A DNA stretch of 62,858 bases, filler included, from Actinobacteria bacterium UBA7524 (GTDB lineage Bacteria; Actinomycetota; Coriobacteriia; Anaerosomatales; UBA912): assembly GCA_002478275.1 (NCBI GenBank). It is 3 parts of 3 records of this genome, joined end to end, with 100 filler letters (N's around TTAATTAATTAA, not from the genome) between each part and the next. Parts side by side here need not be neighbours in the genome. Positions count along the whole stretch, not along the records: positions 17,428 to 39,657 come from DLMY01000055.1; positions 39,758 to 62,858 come from DLMY01000042.1; 1 more part is not named here. One strand, 5' to 3'. Positions 39,172-50,441 of this stretch are shown piece after piece. The notes below the pieces were generated by a model. The model saw only the letters and a program-made list of their open reading frames with translations, was not told the origin of the DNA and made no database searches. A program made the translations under genes and the position numbers. Position 1 is the first letter of the stretch. Every line of letters begins with the position of its first letter.

Positions 39172-39491
39172 CGGTGAGACTCATGCGATTGATTGTCATG
39201 TTCGACCTGCCCGTGGCGAAGAAGGCCGACCGAAAACGGTATCAGCAGTTCCGCACGTTCCTGATCAAAGACGGATACTCCATGATGCAGTTCTCGGTGT
39301 ACACTCGAATCACCAATGGATCTGACGGAATTGACAAGCACATGAATCGACTGCGGTGTAACCTGCCACCCAAAGGCAACGTACGGGTTCTGACTGTCAC
39401 CGAGAAGCAGTATGAGTCGATATGGTTTCTCGTTGGCAAGCCTTCAGTTCAGGAGAAAACCGTGGGCGCACAGCTTCAAATCAACCTATGA
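39168..39491 (+). CDS. cas2: CRISPR-associated Cas2
   Basis: MRLIVMFDLPV, FRTFLIKDGYSMMQFSVYTRI, LPPKGNVRVLTVTEKQY. Confidence 0.96.
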   Translation: MTVRLMRLIVMFDLPVAKKADRKRYQQFRTFLIKDGYSMMQFSVYTRITNGSDGIDKHMNRLRCNLPPKGNVRVLTVTEKQYESIWFLVGKPSVQEKTVGAQLQINL

Positions 39492-39517
39492 CTGGCAGTT
39501 TTCACACGAGACTGACC

Positions 39518-39548
39518 CGAAACGGCGCTGCTCAGCAGCGCCGTTTCG
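39518..39548. terminator. Perfect 14-bp hairpin between cas2 and the array
   Basis: CGAAACGGCGCTGC-TCA-GCAGCGCCGTTTCG. Confidence 0.65.
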
Positions 39549-39556
39549 CTCGCTTC

Positions 39557-39657
39557 AGCGTACCACTTCGGAGTGTGGCGGGGGGCTAAGACCCATCAGG
39601 GTTTCTCCGTCTCCATTCGCCGAGCGTAGCACTTCGGAGGGTGGCGGGGGGGGAAGA
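39557..39657 (-). CRISPR. CRISPR array, truncated at the contig end: 36-bp repeat, one 30-bp spacer, second repeat
   Basis: Repeat 39557-39592 (minus strand GTCTTAGCCCCCCGCCACACTCCGAAGTGGTACGCT); spacer 39593-39622; repeat 2 at 39623-39657 with four mismatches, all to G. The repeat matches the tracrRNA anti-repeat. Confidence 0.9.
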
Positions 39658-39757
39658 NNNNNNNNNNNNNNNNNNNNNNNNNNNNNNNNNNNNNNNNNNN
39701 NTTAATTAATTAANNNNNNNNNNNNNNNNNNNNNNNNNNNNNNNNNNNNNNNNNNNN
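39658..39757. other. Artificial contig-joining linker
   Basis: 44 N + TTAATTAATTAA + 44 N. Confidence 0.95.
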
Positions 39758-39770
39758 GCCCCCCGAAACC

Positions 39771-40430
39771 TTACGCGCTGTACCGTGGCAGACGCGCGGC
39801 GAGCTCGTCGAAACGCACCCGTATCTGCTCGAGGTCCGCGTTCTGGTTCTCGAGATGCATCAGGATGGCGTCCACCTCGGACTCCGCCTTCACCTTGACC
39901 TCGTAGTCCGACCGCGCCCGGATCTCCGCGTGCCGGCCCTGCAGGTTCTGCCCGATCATGAGCAGCGGCATCAGGAAGATCTGAAGCATGTTGCTGATGA
40001 AGAGCCACAGCACGAAGGCAGGGTACGGGTCGAATCTNNNNNNNNNNNNNNNNNNNNNNNNNNNNNNNNNNNNNNNNNNNNNNNNNNNNNNNNNNNNNNN
40101 NNNNNNNNNNNNNNNNNNNNNNNNNNNNNNNNNNNNNNNNNNNNNNNNNNNNNNNNNNNNNNNNNNNNNNNNNNNNNNNNNNNNNNNNNNNNNNNNNNNN
40201 NNNNNNNNNNNNNNNNCCGGCGCGGGCCCGAGCGTGTTCCAGCCGAGCCACAGCACCGTCCACGCGAAGAGGACGAGGAAGAACCCCATGGTGCCGACGT
40301 GGTCGGTGATCCAGATCGCGACGCGCTCGAGTGCTGTGAAGCTGCCTTGGTGCTCACCGTTCACGTCGCGCACGGGAGGCCGCGACGAGCGGATCTCGTT
40401 GACGCTCGCGACGGCGTGCCTCTTGTCCAT
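39771..40430 (-). CDS. DUF1003-family membrane protein (interrupted by N gap 40038-40216)
   Basis: ERVAIWITDHVGTMGFF...WTVLWLGWN...FDPYPAFVLWLFISN...PLLMIGQNLQGR...DYEV. Confidence 0.85.
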   Translation of the reverse strand: MDKRHAVASVNEIRSSRPPVRDVNGEHQGSFTALERVAIWITDHVGTMGFFLVLFAWTVLWLGWNTLGPAPXXXXXXXXXXXXXXXXXXXXXXXXXXXXXXXXXXXXXXXXXXXXXXXXXXXXXXXXXXXXRFDPYPAFVLWLFISNMLQIFLMPLLMIGQNLQGRHAEIRARSDYEVKVKAESEVDAILMHLENQNADLEQIRVRFDELAARLPRYSA

Positions 40431-40749
40431 CTCCCACCCCTTCTCCGGCTGACGCTGCTGGCGAGTGTACCCGCGCGGGGACACTCGTTGTCGGANNNNN
40501 NNNNNNNNNNNNNNNNNNNNNNNNNNNNNNNNNNNNNNNNNNNNNNNNNNNNNNNNNNNNNNNNNNNNNNNNNNNNNNNNNNNNNNNNNNNNNNNNNNNN
40601 NNNNNNNNNNNAGTGTACCCGCGCGGGTACACTCGTTGTCGGAGGTGGTCAAAACGCGAAGCTCTCATGGGCTGCCACCATGAGCGCGACCTTTGCCCCA
40701 GTCGCCTTGTGCGTCACGCGGGACCGCCGGGGAATGACCCCCCTTACCC

Positions 40750-41002
40750 CGCCTTCGTGTTGGTCGCCTCGGCCGGCCGCCTGCTCTTCGCGAGCGGGGC
40801 CTTCCTGTTCCTGGACCCCCTCGCCACGCTCACACGCAGCGCGACCGTGCTGTTCTACCCGCTCGGCCGCACCGTGCGCCTGGGCAGGCCCGAGGTCGTG
40901 CCAGAACGCCGTATCGGCCGTGGGATCTGCGAGAACGCCTGTCCGGTGCCGCAGATCTCGGCGGTCAACATTCGGGCGGCGGGACCTGAAGCGCGCGTCT
41001 GA
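40750..41002 (+). pseudogene. Remnant of a membrane-bound 4Fe-4S (NapH/MauM-like) polyferredoxin gene
   Basis: FLFLDPLATLTRS segment joined to PEVVPERRIGRGICENACPV, a CxxCxxCxxxCP motif with the first two Cys replaced by Arg; no plausible start. Confidence 0.55.
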
Positions 41003-41231
41003 CACGCTGCCCGTGGTTGCTGAAAGCGGCACCGCGTCGGATCGCGCAGCACTCGCCCTCATCCGCCTCGCGCGATGCGTCGAAGGCCCTCCGGGAACCT
41101 GCGAGTACGGCAAAGAAGCCGTCCAGCGATCGCGCTGACACGGTCACCATGGGAGTGCCGGCGCGCCATCGAACCCGCGGCGAGCAGCATGCGACAGGAC
41201 ATCGCGGCCGTGCGCCAACGTGTCGGGACAG

Positions 41232-41603
41232 CTAGATCCCGACCATAGCACTCTGAAAGTCCGATGCGCCTTTTCGCCAACCGTCCGCGAGACCCTGGGC
41301 GAGCTCGCGCGCACCGGGCCCTGCACCCGTAACATCGAACCGCGGCGTTACCACCAGCACGTGGTCGTCGCGGACCTCGGCAAAACCACCGGCCACTGCC
41401 AGGTAGGTTGTTTCGCCACCGGTGACATACCGCGCCAGCGAGCAAGGTACGCGTATCAGGATCGGGGCATGCCGTGGCAAGATCCCGACCTCGGCGCCCT
41501 CGTCGCGATCCGCCTCAAAGCGCCGGAACACGACCTTCTCGACCGACGTCACTGATTCAGTGTGCCCATCGGGGGTCACGAACTCCAGAGTCAAGAGGCT
41601 CAT
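41232..41603 (-). CDS. atpC: F1 ATP synthase epsilon subunit
   Basis: LEFVTPDG, EVGILPRHAP, LAVAGGFAEV; last gene of the atp operon. Confidence 0.9.
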   Translation of the reverse strand: MSLLTLEFVTPDGHTESVTSVEKVVFRRFEADRDEGAEVGILPRHAPILIRVPCSLARYVTGGETTYLAVAGGFAEVRDDHVLVVTPRFDVTGAGPGARELAQGLADGWRKGASDFQSAMVGI

Positions 41604-41686
41604 CAGGGCATCAGCCTCGCCTGACGAACGCTGTCGGCGTCAGTAGCCGGCGTGATCGTGCCCCCGACGCACCCGTCGTCACGTCT

Positions 41687-44216
<2,530 letters not shown>

Positions 44217-44220
44217 GCTG

Positions 44221-46146
44221 CTATGCCTCCCTCACCTGAACGTCGGTCGCTCCCGCAGCGAAGTCCTCCGCGAACTGAATGGTGGCATCCGTGAGCGCCT
44301 GCCTCGTGTCCTCAGTCAGATCCTGGGTCTCGCGGATCGCCGCGAGTATCGTCGGGTGGCTTGAATCGAGGAATTCGAGATAGGCCTTCTCGAATTCGTC
44401 CATCTGAGTCACGGCTAGGCGGTCCGCGTATCCGCTCACTACGGCGAACAGGATCGCTGCCTGCTTCTCCAGCGGCAACGGCATGTGCTGGTCTTGCTTC
44501 AACAGTTCTCGCTCGCGTTTGCCACGGGCGAGTTGACCCATCGTGGCGTCATCCACTTCCGCACCGAACTCCACGAACTGGGCCATCTCCGCGTACTGCG
44601 CCAGATCGATGCGCAGCCGCCCGGCCACCTTCTTCATGGCTCGCGACTGCGCTAGGCCGCCTACTCGGGAAACGGACAGGCCCGCGTCCATAGGCGGCCG
44701 GAAGCCCTCGTTGAACAGTCCGATGTCCAGCATGATCTGACCGTCGCAGATGGAGATCACGTTGGTGGGAACGAACGCCGAGATGTCGCCGGCGAGCGTC
44801 TCGATGATCGGCAAAGCGGTCATCGAGCCTCCGCCGAGATCGTCGCGAAGTCGAGCCGCGCGCTCCAGCAACCTGGAGTGCACGTAGAAGATATCGCCCG
44901 GGTAGGCCTCGCGGCCGATCGGCCGCTTGAGAAGCGCCGACATCTCGCGATACGTGACGGCGTGCTTCGAAAGGTCGTCATAGATGACCAGGGAGTGCCC
45001 CCCGCGCTCCATGACCTCCTCGGCGATAGCGCACGCGGTGTATGGCGCGACGTAGCGGAACGCGGGCAGCTCGTGCGCGAGCGCCACGACGACCACCGTG
45101 TACTCGAGAGCGCCGTGCTCTCTCAGGATGTTGACCACGCGGGCGACGCTGGACGCCTTCTGCCCGATCGCCGCGTACACGCAAACGACACCCGTATCCT
45201 TCTGATTCAGTATCGTGTCGATGGCGATGGTCGTCTTTCCGATCTTGCGGTCGCCGAGGATCAACTCCCGCTGCCCTCTGCCGATAGGGACCAGCGCATC
45301 GATACCCTTGATGCCGGTCTGGAGAGGCTCCGACACGGGTTGACGTTGCGCCACGCCCGGAGCCAGCTTCTCAACCGGGCGCAACATGTCGAGCGGCACC
45401 GGCCCCAGGCCGTCTATCGGGTGCCCGAGCGCGTTGACGATCCGGCCGAGCAGGCCCTTCCCCGTCGGGACTTCCAGCGACTTCCCGACCCGTTCCACGT
45501 CATCCCCGACGGAGATACTGGCCTCCTCGCAAAGGAGGATGCAGCCCACTTGCCTCTCCTGCAGGTTGAACGCCATACCATAGCCGCCGCCCCGGAACCT
45601 CACGACCTCCTGTGAGCCAACATCGGCGAGACCCGACACGATCGCGACGCCGTCACCAACCTCCGTCACGCATCCTTTGCGGCTACCGTCCTCGACCTTG
45701 AGAACCGGCTCGGTCCTCTGGATCACGTCGGAGATGTAGTCGGCAGTGGCCTCGATCGTGCTGGTGAGCTCCTTGTCCCTCTCCGAGAGCGCGACGCGCA
45801 TGTCGCTGAGGAGCCTCTCATTCAAGTCGAGGTCCATCTTCTTGTCGTGCCCGAGATGCAGTATCGCGGCGCTAGTCAGGTCCGGGTTGACCCGCACCTC
45901 CACGTCGACCGGCCGGCCCGCAGCCCGCGCCAGCCCCGTGCGTACGTTGTCGACAACCCCGGGATCCAGCGCGATCCTGCTCTCGAGCACCACTGAAGAT
46001 CCCTCCAGCGGCCACAGAAGCTGTCCAAGGATAGACTTCGGCACGGCGCCCGCACTGGCGACTGAGCCCGCGCCGGTCCCCGATGCGACGGGGGTCCCCG
46101 ACGTCGCCTCGATGCCTCCGGCGCTATTCGTTTCACGATGCACCAA
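44221..46146 (-). CDS. atpA: F1 ATP synthase alpha subunit with N-terminal delta/OSCP-like fusion (641 aa)
   Basis: VGDGVA, GRGQRELILGDRKIGKT, YDDLSKHA, REAYPGDIFYVHSRLLERAA, SRVGG; about 130 extra N-terminal residues. Confidence 0.95.
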   Translation of the reverse strand: MVHRETNSAGGIEATSGTPVASGTGAGSVASAGAVPKSILGQLLWPLEGSSVVLESRIALDPGVVDNVRTGLARAAGRPVDVEVRVNPDLTSAAILHLGHDKKMDLDLNERLLSDMRVALSERDKELTSTIEATADYISDVIQRTEPVLKVEDGSRKGCVTEVGDGVAIVSGLADVGSQEVVRFRGGGYGMAFNLQERQVGCILLCEEASISVGDDVERVGKSLEVPTGKGLLGRIVNALGHPIDGLGPVPLDMLRPVEKLAPGVAQRQPVSEPLQTGIKGIDALVPIGRGQRELILGDRKIGKTTIAIDTILNQKDTGVVCVYAAIGQKASSVARVVNILREHGALEYTVVVVALAHELPAFRYVAPYTACAIAEEVMERGGHSLVIYDDLSKHAVTYREMSALLKRPIGREAYPGDIFYVHSRLLERAARLRDDLGGGSMTALPIIETLAGDISAFVPTNVISICDGQIMLDIGLFNEGFRPPMDAGLSVSRVGGLAQSRAMKKVAGRLRIDLAQYAEMAQFVEFGAEVDDATMGQLARGKRERELLKQDQHMPLPLEKQAAILFAVVSGYADRLAVTQMDEFEKAYLEFLDSSHPTILAAIRETQDLTEDTRQALTDATIQFAEDFAAGATDVQVREA

Positions 46147-46165
46147 GTCTGTTCACTCCCCGTCA

Positions 46166-46711
46166 CTACGCGGACAGGCTGTCCAAACGGTCGAGGCTCG
46201 CAAGCACAGCCTTCTGCATGAGCGCGCGCTCTTCGCTCTCGGTGAAGGCCGTGCCGAGATAGCGCTTGGAGATGACGATCACCAGTTCGACCATCTGGTC
46301 GCACATCCGGGACGTCAATGCGGTCCTCTCGGCTTCGATCGCGGCGGCGGCCTGTGAGACCAACTGCCCGGCGTCGCGCTCGATAGCCGCTACGGCGTTC
46401 ACGCGTTCAGCCTCAGCTGCAGCGCGCCCCGCCTCGAGCAGCTCCTCTGCATCCTTCTGGGCCTGAGCGACGATGCGCTGAGCGTCGCGCTGCGCTGCCT
46501 CGTGCTCCTTCTCCGCCGCCTCGACGCCGTTCAACTCGTCGGCGATGCGGTCGCGGCGTTTCGCAAAGTAGCGGCGCACGAACTTCGAGCCGAAGTAGAA
46601 CACGACGCCGATAAGCAGCGCAGCCTGCACGAACTCGATCAGGAACGCCTGCGGTTCGACGATCACCTCATGCAGCGACTCGGAAACGGCCTCTCTCAGC
46701 AACTCGATCAT
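46166..46711 (-). CDS. atpF: Fo subunit b
   Basis: Single N-terminal TM followed by a long Ala/Glu-rich coiled coil (KRRDRIADEL). Confidence 0.82.
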   Translation of the reverse strand: MIELLREAVSESLHEVIVEPQAFLIEFVQAALLIGVVFYFGSKFVRRYFAKRRDRIADELNGVEAAEKEHEAAQRDAQRIVAQAQKDAEELLEAGRAAAEAERVNAVAAIERDAGQLVSQAAAAIEAERTALTSRMCDQMVELVIVISKRYLGTAFTESEERALMQKAVLASLDRLDSLSA

Positions 46712-47220
46712 GGCTGCATCGCCCTCTCGTCGGCCTGAGCCGCGAGCTCGCTCTCGACCAGGGCATTCACCATCTGCTCATCCACGCCCTCCACGATCTT
46801 GGAGAGGGTCTCCGTCACAGATGCGATCAGCGCGCCCTTCATCTGAGCCCGCTCAGCCACTTCTCTTGCGGTGATGTCCTCGCGGCCAGCGGCGACTATC
46901 TTCTCGGCTTGCGCTCTGGCCTTCGCCAGCGACGCTTCACGCTCGCTAGCTGTGGCTGCTCTCACTTCCGCGAACACGCGCTCGCGCTCCGTGACTGCGG
47001 AGGACTTGATCTCCTGGGCCTCCTCGCTCGCGGCGACCAGCGTCGCCTGCGCCGCGGCGCGCAAGTCTCTACCGTTCTCGAGCTTGGCGTCGCGCCGCTC
47101 CAAGACCTCGATGACGGGGATGAAGAATACCTTGCGCAGCACCAGGAACGTGATCAGGAAGATCGCGAAGGTCGCGACGAGCGTCGTCACGTTAATCTGG
47201 GCGATAGGGTCGAGAGGCAT
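46708..47220 (-). CDS. atpF: Fo subunit b/b' (second copy)
   Basis: IFLITFLVLRKVFFIPVIEVLERRDAK then a coiled coil; AAGGAGG RBS. Confidence 0.85.
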   Translation of the reverse strand: MPLDPIAQINVTTLVATFAIFLITFLVLRKVFFIPVIEVLERRDAKLENGRDLRAAAQATLVAASEEAQEIKSSAVTERERVFAEVRAATASEREASLAKARAQAEKIVAAGREDITAREVAERAQMKGALIASVTETLSKIVEGVDEQMVNALVESELAAQADERAMQP

Positions 47221-47262
47221 ATCCACACCTCCTTGCTTGCATCGTCGGTGGCCAGACTGTGG

Positions 47263-47487
47263 CTAGATCTTGCCGGCGAGCATCAGTGCGATGACCAGAC
47301 AGTAGATGACAAGAGCCTCGACCAGGGCGTTGCCGATCAGCATCGCTGTGAAGAGCTGACCGCCCATTTCGGGCTGTCGGGTCATACCATCGATGGCCGA
47401 CCTCGAGATGTGGCTCATCGCCCATGCGGCCCCGATGGCCGCGGGCATTACCGCGAAAGCCGGGGCGACCACGATCAAATCCTTCAT
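47263..47487 (-). CDS. atpE: Fo subunit c
   Basis: Hairpin with an RQPE loop and conserved Glu in ALVEALVIY. Confidence 0.93.
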   Translation of the reverse strand: MKDLIVVAPAFAVMPAAIGAAWAMSHISRSAIDGMTRQPEMGGQLFTAMLIGNALVEALVIYCLVIALMLAGKI

Positions 47488-47584
47488 CGGTGTCTCCAAT
47501 CAACTTCGTCTAGACCGTAAGACCATCCAAGGCAGCTCCGATCCGAGGCTGCTTCAATCGGCCCAACCCAACCGCTTTCTCGCT

Positions 47585-48307
47585 TCACGCAGCCTCCACC
47601 GCGACCGTCGCGGCGCACGCTTCCTCCTCTCGCTGCTCCACTTCCTCGCCCCTTCTCTTCTTCTTCTTCTCTTCATGGTGCAGGCCAGAAGCTAGGAAGT
47701 TTGATGTGAGCAGGGTGAACACGAGCGCCTGCAAGACCGCCGCGATGAGTCCCAGCGCGTGGACGATCAGCGGAATGCCGACCGGCGCGGCGCGAGCCAC
47801 CAGGAGGGAGACCATGAACTCGCCGCCGATGTTCCCGAAAAGGCGGAGAGACAGTGACAGCACGTCGCTGACCTCCGATATCAGCTGGATCGGGTTCGGC
47901 CACACAAGGTGCTTCAGTGCAGGCAGAATACCCTTGTGGATCGTGGAGATCACGATGTTGCCGAACACCGCCGTGAGAGCAAGCCCCAGTGTCACGCTGT
48001 AGAACGATGTCGGCGGGATTCTGAGAAGCGGGATGGGGAGCATCGCCAACAGGTTGCTCATGATGATCAACATGAAGAAGGTGCCAAGATACGGCGCGAC
48101 GAGGTTAACCCTGCAATCGCCCATCTTGCGGGCCTGCCCCACGAGCCATTCCACGATGGCCTCAGAGAAGTTCTGCAGGCCCTGGGGCGCCCCTTCCTGC
48201 AGATTGCGCCCGGCGATCATGCCGAACACCATGAGCCCGGCCGCCACCAGGGCGAAGTTGATGATCACGATGTATGGAACCGCATGCTGTACCCCTACAG
48301 GGAGCAT
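47585..48307 (-). CDS. atpB: Fo subunit a
   Basis: PQGLQNFSE, LSLSLRLFGNI (essential Arg), LQALVFTLL. Confidence 0.92.
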   Translation of the reverse strand: MLPVGVQHAVPYIVIINFALVAAGLMVFGMIAGRNLQEGAPQGLQNFSEAIVEWLVGQARKMGDCRVNLVAPYLGTFFMLIIMSNLLAMLPIPLLRIPPTSFYSVTLGLALTAVFGNIVISTIHKGILPALKHLVWPNPIQLISEVSDVLSLSLRLFGNIGGEFMVSLLVARAAPVGIPLIVHALGLIAAVLQALVFTLLTSNFLASGLHHEEKKKKRRGEEVEQREEEACAATVAVEAA

Positions 48308-48321
48308 TTGTCACCCGCCCC

Positions 48322-48546
48322 TTACTTCGGTATCCGCGGCTTCGAGATGAACTGCTCTCGAAGCCGAAACAGGTCACGAACCGCCCCGACCAGCGCAATC
48401 AATACGCCGAGCGCCGTGAGCCACGGGAACGTGCCAAACCACCGGTCGAGCCCGTATCCTATCGTCGCGCCAGCTATTGTATAGGTCGGGACGATTGACC
48501 ACATTGCGATGATCTTCAGGAAGTCCTTGGACATCAACTCACTCAT
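48322..48546 (-). CDS. AtpZ/AtpQ (AtpI-like) two-TM protein
   Basis: GATIGYGLDRWFGTFPW motif; first gene of the atp operon. Confidence 0.85.
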   Translation of the reverse strand: MSELMSKDFLKIIAMWSIVPTYTIAGATIGYGLDRWFGTFPWLTALGVLIALVGAVRDLFRLREQFISKPRIPK

Positions 48547-49234
48547 TGTGCATCAGCCTCATCTGCGATCCTGGTTCGTCGACCGACTGACCACTACTGC
48601 GCTCCGGTATACCGGCAGGCGCTCGGGCGGCCCGCCGATCCCGAGTGCACCGAACGGCGTGGTCGCGCAATGGGAGTCTTCGCCACACCATAGCCCGTCG
48701 CCATCCCCGCAGCGAGGGTCGACGGGGCGACAGCCTCGATTCGTGACCGTCGCAGGATGCAGGCGGACCACCGAGCATCCCTGCCGCCGCCAGCACGACC
48801 ACAGCCGACCGAGTCCGCGTCCTGATGACCGGGACGCCTCGTCGCTCGCCCGTCCTCGTCCATTCACCTTACCTCCCCCTCCGCATCTGTGGGACTCGAT
48901 ACGCTTGGCAGCACCTTTGTGAAGACCCTGCTGCATTCAGTTCAACACTCCCTGCCCGCCTCCTGGTTTCCAGTTGGGTCAGGCTTCTTCAGGTTCACCC
49001 ATGTCTGCCAGGCATTCTCCCTGAGAGCCGGTCTCGACGAGCCCGTTCGGAACGTCGATGATGTGGTTGACCGCGACAGGCCCTCACCGACGGACCGGCG
49101 CTGAAGCGACGGCTGTAGACCGGGGACGCCCCGAGAAACAGGAAGCATCTCGCCGCCGGGAGGCTATCTGCTATGGTGTGGAGTCTGTAGCCGGGGAGTC
49201 GGCTGCCAGTCCTAGGGGAGGGAGGACGCTAGAT

Positions 49235-50428
49235 ATGCCCGGAGAGTATCGTGGCAGCGGCAGGAATCGAAGCGTGTCCTTCAAGCTCACGATGATGGCG
49301 TGGGTGACGATTGGTCCCGCCGTGGCCATCGGCCTGCTGACGACGGCGCTGTTCGCGGGATTCGTGCTCCGCGTCGACTTCGTCAGTCTGATATGGATCG
49401 CAGCCTTCGGCGGTGTCGTCATGTTGGTCTGTGCCATTCCGGGACAGCTGGCGTACCGCAACGCGCTCAGGCAAAGGGTCCTCGCCCCGCTTGGCGAAGT
49501 CGTGTCGCAGATGCAGACTTCGGCTGAATCGGTCATGACCGCAGCCGGCCAGCTTGCCGGTGCCGCGAGCGAGATCAACTCCTCCTGTCTTGAGATCGGT
49601 TCGGCGATGCAGAAGATCTCGAACGGCCTGGACCTGCAATCCAGTGAAGTCGAGGCGATGTCCACATCCACGGAGTCGATGACCGCGTCCTTCAACAACG
49701 TGGCGGCTCGGGCCGACGAGACAAGGGAGATGAGCAGGCAAGCAGCCGCAGCAGCACTCCTTGGCGAGGAGATCACCAACGAGACCATCCGGAAGATCGC
49801 CGCAGTACGGAACGCGATCGAGGCGCTCTCCTCGTCGATAGCAGTGCTCGGCGTGCGATCCAAGGAGATAGGCACTATCGTCGGCGTGATCACCTCGATC
49901 GCCGATCAGACGAACCTGCTTTCGCTTAACGCGGCGATCGAGGCTGCGCGGGCGGGGCAGCTCGGCCAAGGCTTCGCGGTCGTCGCCGAACAGGTCAACA
50001 CGCTTTCCGAGCGCTCCGCCAAGGCAGCAGAGCAGATCGGCGCGCTGATCGGCGAAATCCAGGACGAGACAGCTGAGTCGGTGAAGCGCATGGAGATCAG
50101 CGCCGCCGAAGTTGTCTTGGGCTCGGAGCTCGCCGACAAGACCGGCGAGGCCCTGCACCAGATCACGGAAGCCGTCGGCCGCACGGCCGCCCTCGCAGAC
50201 GAGATCGCCTCGGCGATGGCCGACCGAGCACAAGACGCCAACAAGCTCGACCGCTCGATGCATGACATCGCTGCAGTCGCCGAGGAGAGTGCGGGATCGG
50301 TGCAGCAGAGTGCCGCGGCGACCGAGGAGCAAGCCGCCTGTACGCAGGAGATCGCCGCAGCCGCCCAGGAGCTTGCGGACATGGCGCGGAGGCTCAGGGA
50401 GTCGGCGCTTCAGTTCGAGTTGGACTAG
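49235..50428 (+). CDS. Methyl-accepting chemotaxis protein
   Basis: [28 protein letters not shown] signalling hairpin; two adjacent TMs; GGAGGAGG RBS. Confidence 0.93.
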   Translation: MPGEYRGSGRNRSVSFKLTMMAWVTIGPAVAIGLLTTALFAGFVLRVDFVSLIWIAAFGGVVMLVCAIPGQLAYRNALRQRVLAPLGEVVSQMQTSAESVMTAAGQLAGAASEINSSCLEIGSAMQKISNGLDLQSSEVEAMSTSTESMTASFNNVAARADETREMSRQAAAAALLGEEITNETIRKIAAVRNAIEALSSSIAVLGVRSKEIGTIVGVITSIADQTNLLSLNAAIEAARAGQLGQGFAVVAEQVNTLSERSAKAAEQIGALIGEIQDETAESVKRMEISAAEVVLGSELADKTGEALHQITEAVGRTAALADEIASAMADRAQDANKLDRSMHDIAAVAEESAGSVQQSAAATEEQAACTQEIAAAAQELADMARRLRESALQFELD

Positions 50429-50441
50429 GGGATCGGTCGCA

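Noticed and set aside
39623..39657. Second CRISPR repeat looks degenerate, as a terminal repeat would
   Set aside because: All four mismatches are to G and lie at a contig end, typical of low-quality read tails. The array probably continues beyond the break.
48550..49230. Short ORFs and a strong RBS (ATG 48863, minus strand) between the atp operon and the MCP gene
   Set aside because: The translations have no recognisable features; possibly a decayed gene, but not supportable from the sequence.
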